Assembly (NCBI GenBank): GCA_964016885.1
Contig: OZ024747.1
Coordinates: forward strand, 63,612,001-63,676,000
DNA length: 64,000 nucleotides
Direction of reading: 5' to 3'
Origin: Eledone cirrhosa
Lineage: Eukaryota
This document shows positions 53,500-64,000 of the stretch, piece by piece; position 1 is the first letter of the stretch, and each line of letters opens with the position of its first letter. The notes under the pieces were generated by a model. It saw nothing but the letters and a program-made list of their open reading frames with translations, ran no database searches and was not told the DNA's origin. Position numbers and translations under genes: made by a program.

Positions 53500-54478
53500 T
53501 TAATTTGTATATGTATATATATATATATATGCATACCATGTGTATTTGTTTATTTTTAAGTTGTTTTTATTTATTTCCCCTCCCCCCACACTCTCACACC
53601 TTTCGTTGTCAACACTTTTTAACTTTATTTTGATTTTGATTTTGATTTTGATTTTCTTATATATATTTTTTTAATTTTTTGTTCTTATTTATTTATTTAG
53701 TTATTTCTGCTTCTAAACTACTTCCCAATGACTCGCAAATATTGATACATGCTTGTGCAGGTATATATGTATGTATATGTATATGTATGTGTATGTATAT
53801 ATATATATACACATACACATACATACATATAGATACATATATACATGCACAAGCACGTATCAATATTTGGGAGTCATTGCGAAGTAGTTTATATATATAT
53901 ACATGTGTATGTATCTGTTTTTATATATGTATATGTGTATATGCTTGTATATATGTGTATGGGTATGTATGTGTACGTGTGTGTGTGTATATATATATAT
54001 ACGTGTATGTGTATATTCACATACGCGTATGTATAGAGCTTTTTGTTTTTGTGTTTTTGTGTTTGTATGTATGTTTGTGTGCATGTGTACATATTTGAGT
54101 GCATATATATCTGTGTATATGTATGTGTATGTATTTATGTTCCTGTTCGTTTTTCTATGTAGACGCAAATACGCTTATGTGAGAAAGTATACATCTATGT
54201 ACTATTACATATATGCGTATAGTTGAGTGTGTGTATGTTTATGTTCTGGATATTTATTTTTTATATATATTTTTTATATTTTTTCCCCTATTTCCTTTTT
54301 GCCCGTTTCATTCAGCATCACTTTCATATTTCTTAAATTTTGTTTTCAAATCCATATTTAATAAAAACACCATGTTATTTATTCATTCTGATGACTGAAA
54401 ACAGACACATCTGCCTTCAAGAAACCACTGGTAAATGAAATAATTATCTTATGTTGTTTATTACATAACTAAATATAT

Positions 54479-54555
<77 letters not shown>

Positions 54556-54841
54556 TATAAATATATGGAAAGTTATATTTAAATTGTTGGGTTAACAACG
54601 AGTAAATATTTATAACTGATATAAAAGCACTCAACAAGTATTTGGAGTATATTTATGATATTAAATAAATGGAAACTATATTTATAAAACCATATTTATT
54701 TCGTTATATATATTTCAGGGATATCATATTAACAATATGTTATGCCATCTTCAGACAAAATACAATATAAACAGTCTTATAAATAAATAGATACGACATA
54801 CCTTTCAATCACCTTGCATTTGGGAGGTTGATTTGGTATAA

Positions 54842-54881
<40 letters not shown>

Positions 54882-54883
54882 AC

Positions 54884-54933
<50 letters not shown>

Positions 54934-55342
54934 ATAATAATAAATTTGAAGACTAAAATCCAAAGAGGGTTCAATAAGGATAAATATATATCAAATATAT
55001 AAGAACTGTAGAGCAAATATTTATTAAATATATATATATATATAAATATATTATTATTATGTAATAAACAACATAAGGCAATTATTCCATTTACCAGTGG
55101 TTTCTTAAAAGCAAAAGGTTTTGCTTTCAATCCTCAGAATGAAAAATCCTGGTTTGTTTATTGAATATGGATTCTAAAAACAAAAATGCAATCTATATGA
55201 AAGTGAGGCTGGAAAAGGGAGAAGGAAAGGAAAAATAAAATAAAACTACACATGCAAACACACACAAAAAAAACACAAAAGCATACTTACACACACATAC
55301 ATATATACACATATATAAATGTACGCATACACATATACATAT

Positions 55343-55374
<32 letters not shown>

Positions 55375-55439
55375 AGAGCGTACACCTACACACACATACA
55401 CATATATACACACATATACACATACATACATTCATACAT

Positions 55440-55478
<39 letters not shown>

Positions 55479-55502
55479 CATACACACACACATATATATA
55501 CA

Positions 55503-55566
<64 letters not shown>

Positions 55567-55920
55567 CACACATGTGTGTGTACAAGCGTACACATACACA
55601 CACACATATATACACACATACATACATTCACACAAACATACAACGTACATACATACACATACATGAATGCACTCCACTACATATTCACACACGCAAATAA
55701 ATATAAGAAAAACAAATTTTTGACAGCGATACATGCCCCAGCTAACAGGACAGACACGCGTGGTAAGTAATACACACAAAAGCACATATACATACGAAAG
55801 AAATAGTAAACACATACACACACTCTCACACATAAATATACATATACAAATACATACACATACATACACAAACACGTACACGTATACAATATAAACACAC
55901 ACATGTATATGTAATTATAT

Positions 55921-55977
<57 letters not shown>

Positions 55978-56241
55978 CAAAAATATAAAAATATAAACGC
56001 ACACACACATATAAATACGTAAACACACATATACATACATAGCTAAACAATTATACACATTCAAATACGTATATATCAAAAGAACGCACAACTAAATACA
56101 AACACACACACATACACACACACACACCCACACACAAACCCACACATACATAAAAATAAATAAATACACACGCACACATATACATACATACACATACATA
56201 TACACATATATACATATACATATATACATATACATACACAC

Positions 56242-56272
<31 letters not shown>

Positions 56273-56551
56273 CATATATATACACACATACACGTACACA
56301 CACACACATGCATACACATACACACACACATATACATGTGTGTATGTGTAAAGCTCAGTATTAGATAAGACAAATGAACCTTACATAAACGTATATATAG
56401 TAGTAAAGTAATAAAGCCATACAAGGCAATTAATCCATTCACCAGAGGTTTCTTAAAAGCAAAAAAAGTTTCCTTCAATCTTCAGAATTATATATATATG
56501 TGTGTGTGTATATGTATATATATATGTGTGTGTGTATGTGTGTGTGTGTGT

Positions 56552-56593
<42 letters not shown>

Positions 56594-56975
56594 ATGAATG
56601 TATGTATGTGTATATGTGTGTATATATGTGTGTGTAGGTGTACGCTCTTTATATATATATATATATATATATATGTGTATATGTATATGTGTATGCGTAC
56701 ATTTATATATGTGTATATATGTATGTGTGTGTAAGTATGCTTTTTTGTTTTTTTTGTGTGTGTTTGCATGTGTAGTTTTATTTTATTTTTCCTTTCCTTC
56801 TCCCTTTTCCAGCCTCACTTTCATATAGATTGCATTTTTGTTTTTAGAATCCATATTCAATAAACAAACCAGGATTTTTCATTCTGAGGATTGAAAGCAA
56901 AACCTTTTGCTTTTAAGAAACCACTGGTAAATGGAATAATTGCCTTATGTTGTTTATTACATAATAATAATAATT
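53500..56975. mobile_element. Nest of microsatellite-rich elements with four minimal hammerhead-like cores and long inverted arms
   Basis: Arms ~55050-55480 and ~56540-56972 are reverse complements; cores at 54388(+), 55137(-), 56485(-), 56884(+). Confidence 0.7.
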
Positions 56976-57099
56976 AAGCTCTGTTGCATACATAGAGCAC
57001 TCTTTTTTCCTGGACTTTTCCAATGGAATTACTTCATTCATACATATATATAAATATATACATATATATGTCTATATATATATATATATATATTTATAA

Positions 57100-57130
<31 letters not shown>

Positions 57131-57224
57131 CATACATATATATATATATATATACATATATATGTGGATATATATAATATTTATATATATATATACACAC
57201 ACAAATATATATATATATATATAT

Positions 57225-57405
57225 AAAGAAAAAAAAGATGAAATCGAAAATGCAACTGGAGTCTTATTTTTTTATTAAATATATATATATTTTTTTAAAT
57301 AAGACTCCAGTTGCATTTTCGATTTCATCCTTTTTTCTTTATACTTTCACTCGTGTAGGACACCTCGGTTATTTTTCATTTTGTAAAAAAACCCTCACTT
57401 TCTAA
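57225..57405. repeat. Fold-back palindrome centred on TA, with a unique tail
   Basis: gatgaaatcgaaaatgcaactggagtcttattt / aaataagactccagttgcattttcgatttcatc. Confidence 0.85.
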
Positions 57406-57591
57406 TATATATACATATATATACACACACACACACATATATATATATATACACACATATATATATATACACATATTTATATACATATATATGTGTATAT
57501 ATATATAATATTTATATATATATATACATATACATATATATATATGTATATATATAATATTTATATATATATATATACATATATATATACA

Positions 57592-57970
57592 CCTCTCAAA
57601 GTCAATGACACACGACCGTGACTTCTGGCGTCACGCAGTAATACAGGGTACCCGACCTCCCATGGGTACATGCTGAAGCATATAAGCAATATGCCCCCCC
57701 CCCCCCCCCGCAAGGTGGTCGTGGAGGTGCCACGGCAAAAAAAGCACCCAGCCCACACTGTAAAGTGGACGTGTAGGCGCCACGAAAAAGCACCCAGCAC
57801 TCACTGTAAATGAGGTTGGTGTTAGGAAGGGCATCCAGCTGTAGAAATCAAGCCAGATCAGTTCCTGTATGAGCAAGGCATGGTCAGCCGACCAGACACT
57901 GCCCACAACAGGACAACCCGTCTAACCCATGCTGGCGTGGAAGAACGGACGTAAAACGGTGATGATGATG
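57592..57970 (+). mobile_element. Family C retroposon, longest copy
   Basis: Homologous to 26960-27295 and 49038-49330. Confidence 0.8.
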
Positions 57971-57991
57971 ATATATATACACACACACACC

Positions 57992-58067
<76 letters not shown>

Positions 58068-58094
58068 TACACATATATGCACACATATATATAT

Positions 58095-58246
58095 ACACTG
58101 GAAGAGGAAGACCAAGGTTAACGTATGTTGATGCCCTAAGGACAGCGACTGGTCTGTTGGAGATGCAGAACATGGCAGCGATAATGAGGGACAGAGACCA
58201 TTGGAGAGAACTTGTCCATGGATCTCAGGAATTTTACCCGCCCTAG
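58095..58246 (+). mobile_element. RTE family 2 3' end
   Basis: [19 protein letters not shown]...[15 protein letters not shown]. Confidence 0.85.
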
Positions 58247-58343
58247 AATATATATACATATATATGTGTATATATATATATTTATATATATATATATACA
58301 CATATATATATACATATATATGTGTATATGTATATATAATACT

Positions 58344-58385
<42 letters not shown>

Positions 58386-58458
58386 CATATATATATACAT
58401 ATACATATATATATACATATATATACATATATATGTGTATATATATATATATAATATT

Positions 58459-58491
<33 letters not shown>

Positions 58492-58525
58492 ATATATTTA
58501 TATATATATATATACACATATATAT

Positions 58526-59541
58526 GTCCTGGGACCACTACTGTTTTTGGTGGCTCTCTCAGACATGCCCTCTGTAGTACATACAACAACATCCCTCACT
58601 AGCTATGCTGATGACACTAAGGTAACACAGGCAATCAAAATTCCGGCTGACACTGCCCTTTTACAACAAGATCTGGATGCCATATACAAATGGGCGGAAG
58701 AAAACAACATGCAGTTAAATGCTGGCAAATTCCAAGCCCTACAATATAAACCTCCAAACAAACCTGCAAACACAAATATAGTACAACACAATTACACAGG
58801 ACCAGGAGGGACCGATATCCCCGTGTAAAAATCGATACAAAACCTGGGTATAGACATGGCGATGATGCATCTTTTTCCTCCCACATCATGAAAGTGGCGA
58901 CAATGTGCAGACAACTCGCTGGCTGGATCTTGAGGACTTTCCAGACAAGAGACCGAGACACCATGTTGACACTATGGAGGACATTTGTCCTAAGCCGCCT
59001 GGACTATTGCTCCCAGTTGTGGTCACCCCATAGTGTCAAACTAACCACGGAGCTTGAGGCAAACCAGCGAAGCTACACCAAGAGGATTGCCACGATGAAG
59101 GAGATAAGCTACTGGGAGAGACTAAAAGAACTGAACCTCTACTCCTTGGAATGAAGACGGGAGAGATACGCAGTGATCTACATGTGGAAAATCCTGGAGG
59201 GACTAGCACCAAACTTTGGCATTGGGAACTGGACCAACCTTCGAACAGGACGTCACTGTGTTGTGCCAACGGTCCCGTCCTCCACATCTAGAATAAGGAC
59301 AAGATATTGCAATAGCCTGGGATTCAAGGGCCCTCAACTCTTCAACAAGCTGCCGAGGGATCTGAGAGATCTACATGGTGTGGAGGTGGATGTCTTCAAG
59401 AAACATCTCAAGACCTTGCTATCCAGGATCCCGGATGAGCCCACAGCAAGGCACGGGGGAAACCTAAGGGCAGCAGCAACAAACTCCCTCTTACACCAGT
59501 GGCCAACCAATACAGGCTGGAAATAAAATGTGTAACAACAA
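58526..59541 (+). mobile_element. 5'-truncated CR1/Jockey-group LINE, RT pseudogene
   Basis: VLGPLLFLV...YADDTK...[22 protein letters not shown]; SRLDYCSQLWSP; SYWERLKELNLYSLE; frameshift near 58828 and stop at 59152. Confidence 0.92.
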
Positions 59542-59645
59542 TATTACTCTTTTACTCTTTTACCTGTGCCAGCCATCCGGCTGAGGCCATGCTGGGGCAC
59601 CGCCCTTGTTGCTACACATTTTATTTCCAGCCTGTATTGGTTGGC
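59542..59645 (-). mobile_element. Inverted 3' terminus of the same LINE with (TAAAAGAG)n tail
   Basis: 59606-59645 is the reverse complement of 59502-59541; continues gggcggtgccccagcatggcc...gtaaaagagtaaaagag. Confidence 0.8.
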
Positions 59646-60529
59646 ATATATATGTGTGTGTATATATATATATATATATACATAAGACAGAGAGAGAGGG
59701 AGGCATATATAAGCACTGAGTTCTAACATTGGCAACTAGCCAGTAGAATAGAAAATTGTATATTGACAGTTCTCTGCTTGCCAAATTTATAACTTTAGTT
59801 TGAAAACTAATCAGATAATTAGTGTGAACTCCATGACCTCTGAGACCAACAACAACAAAATGAATGAAATTATATGACAGTCATGATCGGAGATTAAAGT
59901 ATTCTCAGCAGCAAGAATTTTAAAAAGTTTTCTGTGATGCCACCATAATTGATATTTAAGAGATAATCAATTTTACAATAACAATGTTATTGAAAACTTC
60001 CAATATTTTGAAAGAATCTATTAGTATTTGAAACTGAAAACATTCTTATTTGGAATACAAACATGTAATGGTTGTCTCTCTTCTCTGAAGTCACAAGTAA
60101 TTTGATGCAACTGAAGTTCACATAGCCTTTTGTTGCTAATGTATAGACAGTAAGGGAAAAACAGAAACCATGCCCATTTTAGGGGCCTCTAAAATTAGAG
60201 TGTTGGAAAAAGTGTTGGAAAAAGTGAGATGATGTCAAACCAGAGAAACTCAAATGCTTCCAGCAGCATGAACTCTGCTAAAGGCTCACAAAGGCCATAA
60301 GTTAACTAGGGTAATACCTTAAAGCTACCACTCAAGTAGGCAGCTAGGATTTGAACTCAGAATACAAAATGATAGAATGGCCAATGTATGATAACTTTAA
60401 TTTGATTACTAGAATTGAGTTCTGTTAGTATATGTAACTTGTTATTTATAATTTTATGTATATCATCATCATCGTTTAACGTCCATGTTCCACGCTTGCA
60501 TGGGTATATATATATATATATATATATAT

Positions 60530-60740
60530 ATAGGAACGAGTAGGACCCTGACGGCTGAGCTCAAGCCGTTTCGACGGGTAATTTTGGACGGCTAATTGAG
60601 TCCAGAATTAGCCGTCGAAACGGCTTGAGCTCAGCCGTCGGGGTCCTACTCGTTCCTATTACCCACTCTACTACTCTAAGTATTGAGTACTTTGGTGCGT
60701 TATGGTCCACCTGGTTCCTTACCACATTTCCTTCGTTATA
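60530..60740 (+). mobile_element. Palindromic element with hammerhead 3' half (family D)
   Basis: GACGGCTAATT/AATTAGCCGTC stem, GAA-ACGGCT-TGAGCTC-AGCCGT-C^; arms 60530-60588 / 60601-60659; tail shared with 62095-62160 and 39520-39556. Confidence 0.75.
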
Positions 60741-61627
60741 TATATATATATATATAAAATATGAACGAGGTTTCAAATTTTCATTACATTTATTGAGGTG
60801 TGAAATGCATTTCTTGATTGATCAGCTTGAGGCTCGATCTCTGTCGATCGACCTCAGCTCAGGAATCAACATTATTATTATTATTATTACACTCTGCTTA
60901 GTACAACCCCAAAGTACATACTGGCGACTTTGCCTCAATTGCTCACTTTGGTGAACCTACAGTAACTTGACGTTACAATCGCTAAACTATATATATATAT
61001 ACACATTCCCAATTCCAATCGGTCAGCAGGAGCTCATTGACATATGTGCCGGGTGAGATTGACGGTGTGTAGGTCACTTTGGAATGTCTGCTGTCAGATC
61101 ATCTTTGATCAGACTGCTTTCCGCTTGCCTTCAGAATTTAATAGATTGTAACAACTGACATGGCATGACACTGCTGTTAGTCCTCGACGAGGTGTTAATT
61201 CAGCACAGTTTTTCTATGATGGCTACAACAATATGTAGACTCTATGTAAGCCTTTTTGAACTGAACAGATATTTACGCTGTGCAACATCATTGCTCACAT
61301 GAAGCTATGGTAAATAACACTTATCCAAGATGCTAGTCAATGTGATTGACCCTGGGATCTTATGATTATGAAGCAAGCTTCTTAACTATTAGGCTATACT
61401 GAAATTATTATATTAATGGTTTCTGATTTAGGCACAAGGTCGACAATTTTGAGGAAGGGTAAAGTCAATTAAATCAACCCAGTGCGTTACTAGTACTTTA
61501 TTTCATCAACCCCATAAGGATAAAAGGCAACTCTAATCTCAGCAGGATTTGAACTCTATGTTTCTATGTATGAATACATATGCCAAAACTACACCTGATG
61601 TACCCCTTCCATACACATGCACACATG

Positions 61628-61890
61628 TGTATCATGACTCGTGCACTGTTCATTTTCCTGATGTTTGTGCATTGCCCTATGTACTGTACATGCACTTTTT
61701 GATGAGTTGTGGTGCACCTGGGCACTGTACACAATATTTCATTATTATTGTTATTGTTATTATTATATCATGACTCATACACTGTTCATTTTCCTGACAT
61801 TTGTACATTATTCGATGTACTATACATGCACCTTTGATGAGTTGTAGTGCACCTGAGCACTGTACACAATAATTTCATTATTATTATTAT
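61628..61890 (+). repeat. Tandem pair of ~137-bp retroposon-like 3' ends with (ATT)n tail
   Basis: tatcatgactc...ttgatgagttgt.gtgcacctg.gcactgtacacaat..ttcattattatt twice; another copy at 18020-18090 (-). Confidence 0.7.
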
Positions 61891-61977
61891 ATATATATAT
61901 ATACTTTCAAGCAGGGAAAAGCGGACGTAAAATGATGATGATGATGATGATGATGATATATATATATATATATATGA

Positions 61978-62162
61978 GAAAATGTTCAAAACCCCGATGA
62001 CAGAGCTTAGGCCGTTTCAACGGCTATTTCTGGAGTCCAGAAATAGCCGTTGAAACGGCCTGAGCTCTGCCATTGGGGTCTTGAACATTTTCCTATTACC
62101 CACTCTGAGTACTCTGATGTATTATGGTCCATCTGGTTCCTTACCACACTTCCTTCATTATA
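61978..62162 (+). mobile_element. Family D palindromic element, second copy
   Basis: Palindrome centred on ctggagtccag (~62035); GAAACGGCC-TGAGCTC-TGCC. Confidence 0.75.
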
Positions 62163-62182
62163 TATATATATATATAGTGTGG

Positions 62183-62248
<66 letters not shown>

Positions 62249-62267
62249 CCACACTTCCTCCATTATA

Positions 62268-62440
62268 TGTGGTTGGTGTTAGGAAGGGCATCCAACTGTA
62301 GAAAACCTGCCAGACAGTCCTATGCGAGCAAGACAATCACTCTTGCCTCAAGTGGGACTACCCCCGTCCAAACCCATGCAAGCGTGGAACACGGACGTTA
62401 AACGATGATGATGATGATGATAATGATGATGATGATGATA
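62268..62440 (+). mobile_element. SINE B/C-type 3' module with (GAT)n tail
   Basis: ggttggtgttaggaagggcatcc...cccatgcaagcgtggaacacggacgttaaacgatg. Confidence 0.75.
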
Positions 62441-62895
62441 TTGCATATGTACTGCGAGTGTCCTCGTTTTACGAGTAACTTTCTACCTTAATGCCTCTTT
62501 AATTGTTATACTATTCCCTTATAATCTCTGTCGCTTGCATTCCACTCTGTATCTTTATAATTTTTAATTTTTAATTTGTAATTTTAATTATTGTACAATT
62601 CTCTTGTAATCTATGTCGCATCCATTTCACCTTGTAAATACGAAACTGTTGACAACATTAATTTCCATGTATCTAAATGATTGTTCAGTTGAATAGGAGG
62701 TTAATTATATGTACAAACATTGCTACTGCTCCAATGATTCCAAACGATAGTTTGGAAGAAACGATTGTCAGCAATAAAATGATTTGAACATAGCTTTGAT
62801 TATTGTGTAATTTATATATATATATACAAATATGCCATATATATATATACTCTATTGGGTAATGGTCTAACCAGTTTCAAATTGATTCCAGCCTG

Positions 62896-62943
<48 letters not shown>

Positions 62944-63635
62944 CGTAAAGGGCCAGAACTCTATACCGCAAAGCATGTTGTCCGACGCCCTACCATTTCT
63001 GCCAATTCACTGCTCTTAGTATATTATTATGACAGCACACTATAATCTAAGAAAATTGATTAAATTTTATTCCATGTAACTTTTACAGAAACATATGTAT
63101 CAATAGTGGAAAATTCTTTCTTTGTCTTTTTGTTTTTTCTATTTCTTTTACATATATATTTTTCCTTTTTCTATAATTCAAACATAAAGTGTTGCGATTT
63201 ATTAATTTTTTTTTCCTGATAATTGTTATCAAGAAGTAAACTAAATTCTGTTCTATATTGATCACAATTCACTGTTAATTTGTCAATTATTCTTCATTTA
63301 AGAATCATTGTGTTTCAAATATACACTTGTACTCTATCACACTTGTAAATTATTGATACAGGAAATCAGCAGTTAGTATTATTATCATCATCATAATCAT
63401 CATTGTCCTCATCGTCATTCTTATCATTCTCATCATCATCATCATCATTATTTCCTGTGCATGAACGTCATATTTTATGAATACATTCTTTTGGGGTTAA
63501 GACTGAGCAGCTAGAGATATTGTGGCTAATTATCTCTTCCCCATCTCGACATAGTCTTCACTTATTTAATGTTTTCTATTTCGATAGAGGATTTTTATGG
63601 TTTCTAATAAGGAAATTTTAACGCTGTGCTAGAAT

Positions 63636-63932
63636 CAGGGTTGGATTTAGACATTGGGCCTGGGGAACTTCAGGTTTGGGAGGCCCCTCATACATAAAAA
63701 ATTAGAATACAAAGCAAACCCCACCAATTTTACATATCAAAGTTATCTTGGCACAAGTAATTAGAATTGAAAAGTTATACATGTATTAAATTAAGAAATT
63801 CTAACCATCTTAAAATTAAAAAGCTCAGCTGAGGGCACAAATAAATTGCTATGGCCATCACTGTGCCCCCTCCCCCCACTGCAGGGGGCCTTGGGTAATA
63901 GCTCCCATTGCCTATCATTAAATCCAACCCTG
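63636..63932. mobile_element. hAT-type MITE
   Basis: Perfect 14-bp TIR CAGGGTTGGATTTA; 8-bp TSD gctagaat/gctacaat (one mismatch). Confidence 0.88.
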
Positions 63933-64000
63933 GCTACAATCAAGAATCCTTCAGTTTCAGCTTTGAGTTCTGGTCTTCTTAATCAGTACAGTGATATTTC

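Overview
This is AT-rich, microsatellite-saturated animal DNA. The SINE/RTE repertoire and (TA)n density look like a coleoid cephalopod (Octopus); that assignment is an inference. The window is almost entirely intronic. One clear coding exon (21157-21288, +) encodes the L27-to-PDZ linker of a MAGUK p55 family protein (MPP7-like). Nearly all listed ORFs are microsatellite artefacts. The rest is mobile DNA: tRNA-derived SINEs (several with TSDs); 5'-truncated LINEs of RTE, Tx1/L1, CR1-like and CRE-like (RLE) type; TTAA (piggyBac-type) and hAT-type MITEs; a TG..CA element; a Helitron-like element; and minisatellites. The most striking unexplained structure is a set of at least five unrelated small non-coding element families. 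They carry type I hammerhead ribozyme motifs, mostly sit in or beside (TA)n tracts, and repeatedly form fold-back palindromes or inverted+tandem repeats, several with breakpoints inside or just 3' of the ribozyme. This points to a Penelope-like/retrozyme-like non-autonomous system. All alignments and folds were done by eye, and repeat boundaries are approximate.
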